In this document: in pieces, positions 35,461-48,879 of the stretch
How the letters are laid out: each line of letters starts with the position of its first letter
How positions within the stretch are numbered: position 1 is the stretch's first letter
Origin: Lama glama
Taxonomy: Eukaryota
DNA: 64,000 bases
Assembly: GCA_028534125.1 (NCBI GenBank)
Contig: CM052819.1
Location: 97,278,001-97,342,000 of the forward strand
Direction of reading: 5' to 3'
Made by a program: the position numbers and the translations under genes
Notes under the pieces: generated by a model
Told to the model about the DNA's origin: nothing
The model's database searches: none
The model's input: the letters and a program-made list of their open reading frames with translations, nothing else

Positions 35461-38400
35461 CTGAAAGACAAAGAAAGGCAGGACGGGAAGGAATGGGTTA
35501 CCAAAAGCCCAATGTGGGACATGGCCAGGCCTGTCAGATCCCCCAGTGGCTTGCAGTCATTAGAAATCATTAGACCCTCTAGTTAGTAACATGCAAGAAA
35601 ATGAGCAGACATATCAGGGCCAGCTCCTCAGACATTCTAAAACTATGGGGAGCAGGGGAGGGCAAGTTTCCCACAAGACAATTACCTTAGAGATACAAAG
35701 ATGCTCCCATGGCTCAAAACACTTTTCAGAATTGGGCAGAGTCTATCAATCCATTAATAAAGGGCCAGATTATTTGGAAAATGGTTTTAAGAAAATAATC
35801 ATGCAGAATTAAGTGTTAACATTCCCTCAGCGCACTCTCCTGCTTCTAGCCCCTCTTGTCTCGCCTTGCAAATCTGGTGTTGAAGCCCTAGTTGACCATC
35901 AAGCCCTGTTTGACCAGTTTAAATTCCGACTTATAAAATAATCTCCTCCATCACCGTTGGAATAAAATCCCCAGATCTGAGATGCCTATGGTCCGAGTCA
36001 TGAATCTCTTTCAGCTTTTGAAGTATCATTTCTGATATGCCGATTAGGGACAAAAAGAATCATATTTTACAGACATGGTTTTTATGACCTTTGAATTATT
36101 ATGGCTTTCCAAGTCTTCATTCTCCAATAGGCTAACAGTATGCCTACCCCTCTTGCAAATCCCTAAAAATTGGGATCTGGAATTCACGACAGGCAACATA
36201 AATCTGACCTGTTATGTAATATAAAACATCAGACGGAGCTGGTTGCCATGCATGTCATTTAGAACATATTTCATAAGAACAGGACTTAATGCGGGGTAGC
36301 CTCCCAAAAGGTAAAAGCCACAGTCTGTAAACTGTTCATGCCTAGACCCTCCTCGGTCTCAAATTAAAGCAGCCGGGAGGAGAGAGATTGATGAGATTTC
36401 ATTAAGTGAAAAATTTCATGAAAATCAATTCTAACATCTTTAGCGCCCAGCAGTGGGACCTGTATTTATAAGGACAGTATTAATGATAAGCTACCCCAGG
36501 GAAATTACAACAGCAGTTATCAAACAACTTGAATACGCTCTTTGAAGTCGAGGCACTACCATTTAGAATTTGCACCGGCTTTCCTGTCACTGAAAAGTGT
36601 GGCGCTGAGCCAGCCTGTATCAGCTCAGGAAAACAGCAACTGAGGAATTTACAGCTTCCTGACTTACAAATAATAAATTAATAAAGGCAGATTTCTACTA
36701 AATTCCTTGTTGCATTAAATTTCAAAGGAGGGGTAGAAATATCCACAACGCCACGATGGTTTGAAAGCATAAGGGATCTGGACTAATGAAATTTCACGCG
36801 TACGCTCTGGGAATTTACAAGGAAAAAATTCAGAATACACGACTAATTGCTACAATATTAATTTCATATTTATATCCCCCCCAAGCACTGAAGTGAAATT
36901 TTTCAGCTTGAGGAAAAAGAAGCCGGACTGTTTAGCAGGATCTCAAATAATGATCTAATATCCAAATTAACTGGAGTCTCCAATTAAATGTTGTTTAACA
37001 ATTAAAAATACATATATCAGCAACCCTTTCCAAGAATGAGAGAAGGCAGACACAACTACTGCTTTTGCTACAGACAATTCTATGTAGGTAATGTTTCTGC
37101 AGGAAACGTCACCTGGCATATGGAATGCAACACCAAATGTCACAGGTCAATGTGAGAAACGGTCTATGGTGATGAGTGAATCTTGACTTTGAGCAAAACC
37201 CTTAATCCAGGTCTTCCATTTCTTAATCTGCAACATGAAAGATTTGAATTCATTTTATTACTATGCTCCTGCTGGCTTTAACATTCAGTAATGCCATGAC
37301 AGGCCTCATTCTGGTTAGTACAAGGGTCTTCTAGAATGTTCTTTAACCACAGTTCTTTTATGTTACATTTTGGCTTTGCTGAAGGAGAGGCAGTGCTCAC
37401 TGCAAAAGACTCCTTTATTTAAGATGCAAACGTTGTGGAACATAATGTGGAAGATCAAGGCGATGTTAAGCTTCCCTTTGCCATTCTGGAAATTGTCCAC
37501 AATTCCAATCAAAAGAGACTCAGACCTTTAGCAACTGCATGGAATTCTGGCTATTGTCACAAACGCTGCCCCACCGCAGCCTACCCGGCAAAGATCTCAG
37601 GAACTCAAACTCCTGGCATCATCCAAAGCATGTTCTCGTCACAGGAGACCTAGGCTATCCCAAATCCTTGTAAAATCCAGGACTTAATTTAAGACGACCA
37701 TCCATTCCTTCCCGAGCTGGAATGTATCACTGACTTTATTAGTTAGCCCTGCCTGACACAGAGAAATGAATGCAGTCAGAGAAAAGAGAAATGAAGGGAA
37801 GACTGGGGTTTTGTTAGTTGCATATTTTGGTTTGGGTTTTGGAGAGGGTGGTTTGGGGGCAGGGGGTGTTGTCTAAACTAACTATGCCTTCAGCCAAAAT
37901 TTCTGCAGCTGAAACTTGTAAGTAACCTCTCGTGCTGTTATCCACTGCAGACTGGTATGTGAGTTCTGGCTATACCACACCTCATGACCCTGATGCCTAT
38001 CCCAAGGGCAGAGGTGCCAAGCACAATTCCTCCTGTTCCGTGCTAAGATTCACCAATGCTCACTTTCAGCGAGCTCACTGGGCCTCCAGTGGAAACTTAC
38101 ACACTAGCTTTCATGGTGGACAAAGACTGCGCGATCAAGGGAAAGTTTCTGTGTATCACTGAGTGCAGACCAGGCAATGGTGAAGTATAATAAGGAAAAT
38201 GCAGAGAAGGCAAAGGAAATAGAAGAGAAATACAGAGCATCCCCAACATACCAACGGGAGATATTCGTTCACCACAATCAGGAAATGAGCCAAGGAAGGT
38301 CTCACGTTACAGTAACAGGCTCCGTGGCGGCAGCCCGGCCATGCTCAGCCAGCCCCCAAGGCCCTTTCAATCCAAAATGTAACTGAGGTTGCACTGATTT

Positions 38401-38632
38401 TGCAAACTGATGTTTGCTGCACATCTTCAACATGAACAAATGCCAAAAACAGAAAAGTTGCAAATTTTGCAGTAAAATTAAAGCAAAACAATAGAGCTCG
38501 AAAGGAAGCCATTTATTCAGCGTAAAAGATGGTGCTTAAATAGAAAGTAGATTGAACCAGAAGAAAACAGGGTGGCTGGAGACATTCTTGGAAGACTGGT
38601 GGTCTTGTTTAATTATTAAGAATTTCATGTAA

Positions 38633-38938
38633 GGACATAGAAAATAAACTTACGGTTACCAGGGGGAGAAGGAGGTGGGAAAGGATAAACTGGGAGTTTG
38701 AGATTTGCAGATACTAACTAATATATATATATATATAAAACAGATAAACAACAAGTTTATACTATATAGCACAGGGAACCATATTCAATATCTTGCAGTA
38801 TCTTGTAGTAACCCATGGTGAAGAATATGAGAACGAATGTATGTATGTTCCTATGTGACCAAAGTATTGTGCTGTATACCAGAAATTGACACAACATTGT
38901 AAACTGACTGTACTTCAATAGAAATACATTTTAAAAAA
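38633..38938 (+). mobile_element. Young 5'-truncated L1 with perfect 15-bp TSD
   Basis: gacatagaaaataaacttacggttaccagggg...ccagaaattgacacaacattgtaaactgactgtacttcaat; TSD aagaatttcatgtaa at 38618-38632 and 38939-38953. Confidence 0.95.
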
Positions 38939-39389
38939 AAGAATTTCATGTAAAAACTAAAGATACCAATACTACCTTGAACCTTATGAACTACAAATAT
39001 TCAGGCCATTTTGGATCCTAAACAGGATAATAGTAAGAAAGAAAAGCAAGGTGGATAGGGAGAGAAAATGATCAAAAAAAAAAAAAAGGCAGAGAAAATG
39101 GAGAAAGTAGAGAAAGAGAGAAGAATCTTTCTTAACGTCATTGGAAAAGGAAGAAGAAAGTGAGAATGAGCTGTTTGCAAACATTCATTCTCAAGTCCAC
39201 TTCTGAACTCAGGATACAGGCTTCCCTGTGGAATCGCTCAGGATTCCACATTCAGAACCATGGCAGCTCTCAGAAGGCATGGACAACCTCTACCAGACAG
39301 GCTGGCAGATACCCAAATTCTGGGCCTGAGTTTTTGAGTCAGAGAGTCCAGCTCTACTCAGCTGAGTCCCCTGAATTCCACTCCTAAAA

Positions 39390-39575
39390 ATCCCTGTGAT
39401 CAAGGCACTGGATCTCTCCCAGCCTCAGTTTCCCCATCTACAATAGCAAATGTGCTAACAGCATCCTCCCATTCAGATTGTCCTGAAGAGTTAACAAAGC
39501 AATGATGTTAAGGAGTTACTCCAACATCATTAACCAGACATAATAAGTACTCAAAAATAATAGTAGCTATTGTTT
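39390..39575 (+). mobile_element. MIR SINE
   Basis: ctgtgatcaaggca...agcctcagtttccccatctacaatag...gacataataagtactcaaaaata. Confidence 0.7.
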
Positions 39576-41294
39576 TGTTTTGCTTTTTAATTAACTACTA
39601 GTTTCCTCCATAAAGTTTCTGCGCAGAAAACACCAGCTACTTCCACAGAGGAACCTGCCTGGCAATCGTCACAGGCAGGTAGATGGGCCTCCCTTTTCTT
39701 TCTCGGGTAAGACTGGGTTTGGTTGGCATCAGGGCACTCTGCTAGACAAAGCACCGGGAAAGCTTCCTGGAAACTGACCAAGACTAAGCAAAAAATGCCC
39801 ATGCCTAGGCATAATTGGATTAGGCAGAAAAGCAAGTAACTGGAAGGCTACGAAAAGGAAGGGAAGTGCGTGGAGCCTGGGGACTCCCTTTGGGCAACCA
39901 ATCTGGTATCAGACAGCAACCACACACCCAGCCTCTTCCTTCCCCGCAAAATCTACAGGATGAAGGAAGGAGCTGCCCACGGACACGGCAGCTGCAGAAA
40001 GCAGGGCCCCCTGGTCCCTGGGGAGCACGGCTGCCTTCAGCCCAGTGACTGTTATTAGACAGAAGCAGGACTCAACTCCCTTCTTCTCGGAATATAAAGG
40101 CAACTCCATACCCCCCAGAAGAACTGGAATGCCCCCTAAATCACCTCCTTTCAAAGGGGCCCCTCCCAACCTCCCCATCACAAACAACAGAGCCTCTCTC
40201 CTCCTCCACGGAAGCAAGTCCAAGATACTTCTCCAATGTTTCCTTGACCCTGCAGGAAGCAGGTTCTACATCACCACCACGGTTCTCCCTCTGACCCTGC
40301 TGTTAGGAAGTCTGCTTTTTCTCAAGGGTGCCCGGCTTCCCACCTGGATCTAAATTTCTTCAAGGCAGAATCAGTACTTTCTCTCTGCATCTTGCTTCCC
40401 AGGGCGCAGGACCATGCAGAGCACACAGCATGCACCCAAAAGACCCCAACAAAGAACAGTGCTGACCCACAGAGAAGCCAGGGGGAGGCAACGGCCTCTT
40501 CCTCTTTGAGAGTCCATCAAAACAGTCCTTGTGGGCCTCAGACATCATTTAATAGCACCTCATCCATCCAGAAGCCAATTAAGCTAAGAAGCCAAACTCA
40601 GAATTTAAGAGGAAAAAAGTTCACGCAAGATGGATGGGGCTGGGGCCCCACAAGCTAAGACAGGCCTTGTCATCTGTGTTATACCACGAGGTGATTTGTA
40701 GCTCTGAGGTGAGCATTAATCAGGCCTCGAGCAGCAGGCGCGGCCAGTCGCCTGGGCCACAGGCATCCTGGCGCTGGCCATCAATCACGCCTGCTGATAT
40801 CTGGGGTACCCAACCCCGGGCAGAGCCAGCTGAGGGGATGGGCCGACCGGGTGATTCAGACTGCCAAACAGACCGCATGCTTGATTTAATAGATCATATT
40901 TTTTTTCATGCATTTTTAAATTCAGATAATCCATCCAACATTACTTTAATAAAAAATATATATGTACTGTGTATAGGGAAGTCAGCCAAGTCTATGCATG
41001 GTTGAGTAATCCAATTCAAGTGACCTTGATGATTCTAACAGGAAGCTGGGGTGGAAAGCACCAGGCGTTAAGTGGGGTTCAGAGAAAGGAGTGATGGAGG
41101 AGGCTCAGGGCTGAGAGGTGAGGGGTGAGGTGGAATCTGCTGGAGAAGAATGGAAGAGGGATGCTGGGGACAGTCCAGGAGGGACAGGCATGCTCTGAGC
41201 CAACAGGACGAAAACGAAATAGTGAAGCAACTTACTCATCAAGAAAAGATTGGACAATTAGACTAACACCAGACTCTAGGGGAAACACAATACC

Positions 41295-41334
41295 AGAGAG
41301 AGAGAGAGTGTGTGTGTGTATGTGTGTGTGAGAC

Positions 41335-41367
<33 letters not shown>

Positions 41368-41390
41368 CAGAGACAGAGAGATAGAGAGAC
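41295..41390. repeat. Compound (GA)n(GT)n(GAGACA)n microsatellite
   Basis: agagagagagagagtgtgtgtgtgtatgtgtgtgtgagacagagag... Confidence 0.92.
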
Positions 41391-41633
41391 ACAAGTCAGT
41401 GTATAAGAAGACAGATTTCAAAGGACACTTCTTAGAAAATTGGAGAGGATTTAAAAAGTGAAAGGTGGAATGTAAAATAAGGTAAAGACAAGTGAAATGA
41501 AAATGACGAAGAAAAAGAGGCATCAATGCTAACACTCAGACTAAAAGTGGTAACACTCATGGATGTGGGATGTTAAAGAAGGGAAAATGGTGAGTTCTGG
41601 TTTCAGGCTGAATTTCGCAGATGAGTGAGCCCT

Positions 41634-42170
41634 GTGGTGGAGGGGACATCTTCAGGGGGCCCAAGGATCCTGGCCCTTGTTCAAGCCCCCTCCCCTCAGT
41701 TGTGGGTAGGACCTGTGACTTGACTTTAACCAGTGGAACAGAGCAAAGGTGATGGGATGTCACTGCGCTGGCTACATCTCATTATGTAAGAGTCCATCTC
41801 AGCAGGCTGGGCCTTTAAAAAGCAAACTGCCAGGTTGTGAACTGCCTGTGGAGGGGGCCGTGTGGCCAGGACTACGGGCAGCCCCTAGGAACTGAGAGCC
41901 CTCCAGCTGGCAGTCGGCAGGAACCCAGGTTCCTCTGTCCCACACCTGAACGGAAATGAATTCTGCCTACAACGTGAATGAACTTGGAGGCAGTCTCTGC
42001 CTCAGTCCAGCTTCCAGATGAGGATGCTTCCTGGCCAACATCTTGATGACAGCCTTGTAAGACCCATTCAAGTGCACCCAGGCTCCTGACTCACCGGACT
42101 GTGAGATCGTGAGCGTGTGTTGTTTTAAGACCCTAAGACTGTGGTTATTTGTTCCAAGTCCCTCAGAAAC
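41634..42170 (+). mobile_element. MLT1F-like MaLR solo LTR
   Basis: gtgggtaggacctgtgacttg...gcaaaggtgatgggatgtcact...ggaaatgaattctgcc...cagccttgtaagaccc...tgtgtgttgttttaag. Confidence 0.82.
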
Positions 42171-42221
42171 CAGAGTGGCTGGGCTACATCTCAGTAGAGA
42201 GGTCAGGTGTGGACATGTGTC

Positions 42222-42430
42222 CATCACGTGGTGGGTGAGAGCACACATGCTAGAAGCAAGGGGCCAGGAGCTGAGCCCCAGCACTTCCCAGCTGTGTGAC
42301 TACAGCCAAACTCCGTATTCTCTCCCGGCCTCAATTTCTTCATTCATGAAACAGAGAACACAACAGTACCTATTGCCCAAAGTTGCTCCCCATGATTAAA
42401 TTAACTGTTAAGCGCATTGAATGATTCCTA
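42222..42430 (+). mobile_element. MIR SINE
   Basis: gtggtgggtgagagcac...cacttcccagctgtgtgac...gcctcaatttcttcattcatgaaac. Confidence 0.7.
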
Positions 42431-42689
42431 GAAAGGCAAAGAAAAAGGCGAAGCCACAAGTAAGGGAGGAAAGAAGATGGGACGGGGTGAAGGGAAGAAG
42501 TAGACGGGCAGTGGCCAGGAGAACAAACGAAATCAGAGTCCAAGATCTCACACAGCACGGCAAGAGAGAACCTCAGCAGAAAGATGTCAGGAAAGATAAG
42601 AAAAGTTGGAGCTTAGGAAAAGTCATCAGCTGAAAGGGCAGCAGTAGAATGAAGACATTTCTATGAGTGAAAAAGTGATCAGAAGGGTG

Positions 42690-42802
42690 GTGGGGAGGGT
42701 AGAGCTCAGTGCTGGAGCGCATGCTTAGCATGCGTGAGGTCCTGGGCTCAATCCATTAAAAAATAAATTAGTAAATAATAGCAGTTTAAATAAAAAAAAA
42801 AA
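42690..42802 (+). mobile_element. Camelid Vic-1-like SINE
   Basis: ggggagggtagagctcagtgctggagcgcatgcttagcatgcgtgaggtcctgggctcaatcc plus an A-rich tail. Confidence 0.88.
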
Positions 42803-42859
42803 GGAGTAAGTCCAAAAAATGAGGGCAAGATTAACAGGCCTACAAAAACTGAATGACCT

Positions 42860-43235
42860 GGCCCCCTGGCCTTCTTGTTCAAACACACTGGGACACTCCT
42901 GCCCCAAAGTCTTGGCACTGACTCTTATCTTCTCTACCTGAATGTTCTTCCTTGACATCCACACTTTCAGTATTTGCTCAAAAGCCCCTTCTCTTCAGGC
43001 CATTCCTGACCAACGTGTTTCAACTCGCACCACAGGGAACTTGCGCTGTGCTAAACTTTCATCTACAGCATTTATCCTCTTCTACCATCCTACAAGATTG
43101 AGTATTTGTTATGTTTATTGTTTTTCTGTCTCCCTGGCTAGAATGCAAGCTCCGCAAATACAGATTTTAGTCTATAATTTTTGCTGATAAATTCCCAGGG
43201 TTTAGAACAAGGCATCACTCATAACAGGTGCTCAG
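42860..43235 (+). mobile_element. L2 3' region
   Basis: ctcctgccccaaagtcttggcact...ctgtctccctggctagaatgcaagctcc...cataacaggtgctca. Confidence 0.75.
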
Positions 43236-44061
43236 AGACATGACACCTAAATGCAATGTATCAGTCGGAACTAGCTTCTTTTGCTTATAAAGGACATTAT
43301 GAGAACATAGGCAAAATTTGATTAGGCAGTTAGGGTGGAGGAAAGGAAGCTCTTTTGGGCTAGACTCTCAACTTTCTGTGACTACCTAAACATTTTATTT
43401 GCATTATGAAAAATGAAAGAAATAAAATGAAACTCTGACATGGTGGTAAGAACAAAAAAAAAAAAGCTAAAAAGATACCCATCACTTTATTATAAATATT
43501 TATGTATTTTTGGAAAGGGTTATGAAATCCATGGAGGGAAAGAAAGAAAGACAGGAACATTCATTTTCACTCCAAATGGTTTTTATAACAAAATATATCT
43601 TATTTATATAATATTTAAATAGCAAAACATATGTGGGGAAAAAAAAGCTGGTCTACAGACCATTTCAGGGAGGGGGCAGAAAGGATGGAGGCCCTCGTGT
43701 TTCGTTTCCAAGGGCATCGCAACTCCCCAGGGAGATGGGTACCCGGTGGTACCCAGAGAGGCAGCCTCCCTGCCCTTCTGATGAGGACAAGTTTCCTCCA
43801 GCTCCTCTTCCCACATCTGCCTGTCACTCCAGGCAAAGGGACTCTGGCAGGCAAACATGGAGAGTGTCTGCTCAGCTCAGAAGAGCCTCCTTAAGATTTT
43901 AAAATGAACAAGTATCTCACACTGTTCATTCATATTTTTTTGTCATTACAAAGAAGTTTACAATTTACTGAAATTGATCATTTTTCCATTTCTTTTTCAC
44001 TATTTCACTATTATGAGGACATAATCGCCATGTACCCATAATCCAGTTCAACCCTGTTTCA

Positions 44062-44102
44062 ACACATACACACACAAACACACACACACACACACACACA
44101 CA
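44062..44102. repeat. (CA)n microsatellite
   Basis: About 20 CA units. Confidence 0.95.
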
Positions 44103-45011
44103 GACTCCAGAGTTGGTCCCCTCAAATCAACATCTAAACAAGATCCACACATTGCATTTGTTGATTGAATTCTTCGGTAGTTTACCAGGGATTTCTCCTT
44201 TCTTCTCTTTTTATTTCCTTTGCATTGTTTTGCACACAGTTTCCCCATTTCCGTTAAATGCCTATGCTCTGTCTTCTATGTCCCTCCCTTCCTCTGACTC
44301 CCCTAATCTCCTCCCTGATCATCTTTTTCAAAGCATCTTTTTGTTAGCAGTTCCTCCACGAGCCTATAACGGAAACACTTTATGTTCAAGCTCCAGCAGG
44401 GAGGTCACAGGAGATGTAAGAGCCCGCAGAGGACTCTGCCGATCACTGCATCAACCACAAAGAAAACAACAAAGTGTAAGAAGATTCCCCGGAAACACCC
44501 AGACAGTCATCGCTCTGCCAGGAACCACAACTTGCATGAATCCCTGTCCCTCTCTGTCCCTTTCTTCATCTTTAGAATAATGGGAATGAACAAGATGACA
44601 ACAATGGTGTTGACATTAATCGGACATTTCTTGCCTAAAGATCTATAAAGATTCCTTCCAGCCATGACTGTGATCTTTGGTATCTAACTCACACAACGCA
44701 TTAGCAAAGGACGACATCCTTCTTGGTCGGGTAAAGGGAGGAGGGAGTGGGAGTGGAGGAGAGTATTTCATAAATGACAAAGGAGAAAAGTGAAAAACTC
44801 GAGACAATGATGACAGAGAAACTGAGACCAAAAATCTGGATTACAAAACAAAACATCAGTCATCAACACAATCCAAATTTGAACAATATGCCATTGTTTC
44901 AAAGCGCTTTCTTACACATTGGCAAATCTGATCCATACAAATGGATAAATGATAAAGGATGGGGTAAAAGGTTAATGATAGAATCTTGGATGTGAGAGTG
45001 TATCACTAGAC

Positions 45012-45203
45012 CAGTGGTTCTCAACCAAGGCAGTTTTAACTCTGCTTCCTCAGGGATAATTGGCAATGTCTGCAGACACTTCGGTTGTCACAAGTGGGGC
45101 ATGTAGAGGGCAGAGGATGCTGCTAAACATCCCACAAAGCTCAGGTCAGCCTACATCACAGGAAGTACCCAGTCCTAAGTGTCTGTGAGGTAGACAGACT
45201 CTA
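45012..45203. mobile_element. MER20 DNA transposon
   Basis: cagtggttctcaaccaaggcagtttt...ttggcaatgtctgcagacact...ggttgtcacaa...ggatgctgctaaacatccca. Confidence 0.85.
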
Positions 45204-45785
45204 ATCTAGGTGAATCTCCTAGTTACCCAAGTGAAACTGTGCTGGGGGTGCTGGAGGTGGGGGGACCACGAAGGTCTAAAGCCACGTTAGATAGACACCC
45301 TGCACCCTATCTAAGCCACCACACTCCAGACCACACCAACACATAAGATTTGATTAGGAAAACTGTCTTCGTTTGCTTTTATTACCGAGACAGATCAGAA
45401 CACACATTTCTGAATCTCAACTGCTCCCTCAATGTAGTCATCCTGGAAAACTATTTTTAAAATGCTATCCAACTGAAGAACTACCCCTCCTAGCAAACTT
45501 GTCTCTGAATGAGAGCACCTCTGATGGAGGCCACAGGCCACGGGTAACCCTGAGAAGGACAAGCAATGAACATACCAGTGAATAAGAAATTTTCAAGGGC
45601 CCCCGTTCTAGGATGAGACCAGAGTAGTGTAACGGGAGGTGATGAAGGGGTAGGGAGGGTGTGTGTGTGAAGGGCTGCCATTTCATATTCAATTCTCAGA
45701 GATGCTTGCCTGGAAAGGTGACATTTGAATTTTACCCCTCCCCCCAAAAAAACTAAAATTAAATTAAAAAAAAAAGAATTCTAGA

Positions 45786-45945
45786 AGGGGTTGGTATAGC
45801 TCAAGTGGTAGAGCGCATGCTTAGCATGCACGAGGTCATGGGTTCAATCCCCAGTACCTCCTCTAAAAATGAATAAACCCAATTATCTCGCCCCCCCCCA
45901 AATAAAATAACTAAATAATACAATAATAAATTTTAAAAAAATTTT
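45786..45945 (+). mobile_element. Camelid Vic-1-like SINE (full length)
   Basis: ggtatagctcaagtggtagagcgcatgcttagcatgcacgaggtcatgggttcaatccccagtacctcc; TSD aaagaattcta at 45773-45783 and 45946-45956. Confidence 0.93.
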
Positions 45946-47727
45946 AAAGAATTCTACCAAAAACCAAAGCCATCCAAAAAGAGGAAGACTGGCTGTCGAT
46001 GAAGCTATTCCAAAGAAAACACTCAAGACACTGAAAACTATTTTCAAAGAATAGGCCCACAATTCCTGAACAGCAGTAGCCTCTTTCAAATAACTGTACT
46101 GGGCAGTGCTGCCTTCCCAGACTCCCGCCCCCAACACAACTCTTTCATAAGATAAGCTGGGGTGTAACTGTTTTGACCTCAACCTCTTTGCAGACAGAGC
46201 AAACTGCCCCCAACAGGCACTCAGCACGAGGGGAAGATGAACAGCGCCCCCCACCCCTCCCATCACCACCTCTCTGAGAAGGAGCAGGCACGTGCAAGAA
46301 ACACTTGAACCAAAGGAGCAGTAATCAAAGCTCAAGTCTGCCTGGAAGGTTCTCTCCCAGTGTTCTTATCTGAGTCCTTGTGTGTTCTGGTCTCCCAAAA
46401 CTCTCAAACTAACAGGCCCCAAGGTGGCCACGGAGAAACTGAGGCTCAGGTTCCGAGCCTGGGAGTCCGTTCCCTTCCCCTCTTTTTCCTGGTGGTGATT
46501 TTTCTTGGACTCATCATCCCTGGCCATCTCAGCAATAAGATCCTCGGGGCCAGATGAGGGGGTGGATCTACAAAATGAGCCAAGGAGGCTGCTCAGCCCA
46601 TTTGAAGCACAAGTCCCAGGCGCACTTGATACTGGGCAAAACAGTCCTCCCCCTGGTCTACAGCAACTCCAGGAAACTCACAGGAAATTAACCTGTGGTC
46701 TGAGCTAAAGCCACCGCCCAGATTAAGGACATTTCTCCTCTCCTCTCTTCCCTAACCAACAGGGCAGTAGTAGGTGTCTGGTAAAGCATCAGAGGAATCT
46801 CTGTTCTACCCTTCTTACAGTATCTCTCTCTACCACAAAAAAAAAAAAACACTTAATGAGGCAGGTAGCAACATGCTCAACCTGTGCACAGATGCAGAAG
46901 TGCTACTGTAGGAACCAATTCAGACATCACCACATCTGAAGAGGTCCCCTGCGCACCCAAGCTTAAGCTTCATACCTCAAAGATTGTTAATTACACATTA
47001 TGATTCCAATTATTGCCAAATGCATTACGAACCAGGATCTTTGCTAAGCAATTTTATTGTTTTAATTCTTTCCTTCCATCATTCTTAATAATTACACTCT
47101 GGTTTTTATTACATTAAGATGTAATTAAAAAAGAAAAATCCTTTATATTTTAAATCTATTTTATTTTTTTTTTACATAAAGAATTCCAAAGCTATCTGTA
47201 ATAATGTAGCACACAATATAGCCAACAGACAGAATGAACAGCTTAGATGAAACTAGCTGAGTTCCATTTAGGGGGAAAACTTATTATGAAAACCCTTAGC
47301 ACGAGACCTTCACTGATAGGATGGAGAATTCTTCATCATACAGAGGCAGAACGAACCACATAGCAATACACAGATGGAAGAGAAAGCTTTACACTATCTA
47401 CGGAAGAGGGGATAGCCAATCAGGACCCAAATGCTGAATTTGGGGATTACGAATAGTCTACTATCTGCCCCATAAAATGAAGCCATTATGTAATGTGAAC
47501 CTATCCATGCTGAATTCTATTTCCATTCAAGTATGAGGATGATGTCACCAACAGGTAGAAAAATGAACAGAGAAAGATGAAATTATTTTAATGATTTAAG
47601 CCACAATTTGTGAGCCACAGAGTTTCACATTCACAGGTATCAAGGCTGAGCGGCATTTAGTGCTGAGGAATATTTTTGTTTGCTCCATACGCTAAAGCCT
47701 TATCCATCCTCCCCTTGCCTTCCAGAC

Positions 47728-47920
47728 CAGACATCAGCAAACTTCCTTGCTGTAAAGGGCCCAAGGGTATATATTTCAGGCTTTGTTCAGGCAACTACTG
47801 AACTCTGCTGCTTCAACACTAGCAACGGCAGATGATATGTCAACAAACAGGTGTGGCTGTGTTCCCATAAAAATGTATTTACAAAAACAGAACCACGGTC
47901 TGTAATCTGCCTACCCCTGT
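47728..47920. mobile_element. MER58-like DNA transposon
   Basis: tcagcaaacttcc...gtaaagggcc...caactactgaactctgc...gtgtggctgtgttcccataaaaatgtatttacaaaaacag. Confidence 0.8.
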
Positions 47921-48351
47921 TCTGGTCCTCAGAGGGCCAGGGAGGAGGGGTGTAGCAGGACACGTCGAAGACTCTCCTGTAAGAAACGGCAGGAACAAGC
48001 AAAGGGAACTGGGAGACCCCAAACCACCCACCAGACACCGACCCCAGTCCTTCACACCCAAGACCAAAATCCAGTCTAGATCCACAAGGTAGGAATCGGT
48101 TCTCAACAGCCTTTGTTCTCAAGGAGACAAGTCTCTCTCTCACAGAAGCAGCTGCTACTCTGTGGTGGGGCTGGTCTTCTGTCCATTAGAGGTTCGGTGT
48201 GACCTCCCCAAGCTGCTTGGCCATTTTTGTATCAGGCAGTCGGCCAGGGCTAGGACTGCAGGCTGTGGTTCCCGAATTGAAAGCAGTGATGGGTTTACAA
48301 GGGAATGAACCTGCCCAGCAACTCACACACCACTGAAGAATGAAGCGCTCA

Positions 48352-48738
48352 AAAAAAAAAAAAAAAGAAAAAAGAAAAAAGAAAAAAAGAGAGAGAGACA
48401 AACGAACTTATTTACAAAACAGAAACAGACTCACAGACATAGGAAACAAACTTATGGTTATGGGGCGGGGGGGAAGGGAGAGGAAGGGATAAATTAGGAG
48501 TTGGAGATTTGTAGAAACTAACTAATATGTATCAAATAGATAAACAAGTTTATAGTGTATAGCACAGGGAACCATATGAAATATTTTATAGTAAGTTTTG
48601 GTGAAGGAGAATATGAGAACAAATGTATGTTCCTATGTGGCTGAAGTGTTGTGCTGGACACCAGAAACTGACACAACATTGTAAACTGACTCTACTTCAA
48701 TAGAAATACATTAAAACTGAAAAAAAAAAAAGAGAGAG
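48352..48738 (+). mobile_element. 5'-truncated L1 with TSD
   Basis: gaacttatttacaaaacagaaacagactcacagacatag...ccagaaactgacacaacattgtaaactgac; TSD agaatgaa(g/t)cgctca at 48337-48351 and 48739-48753. Confidence 0.93.
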
Positions 48739-48879
48739 AGAATGAATCGCTCAGTGAACAAGCCTTCCCACTCACCAAACTGGACCCCCCTGCGGGCTGA
48801 AGCACAAGGAAGGGTCCAGGCAGCCTGGACCAGCCAGGGTCCACCACTGTCAGCTCTCATCCCCCAAATACATATGGTT

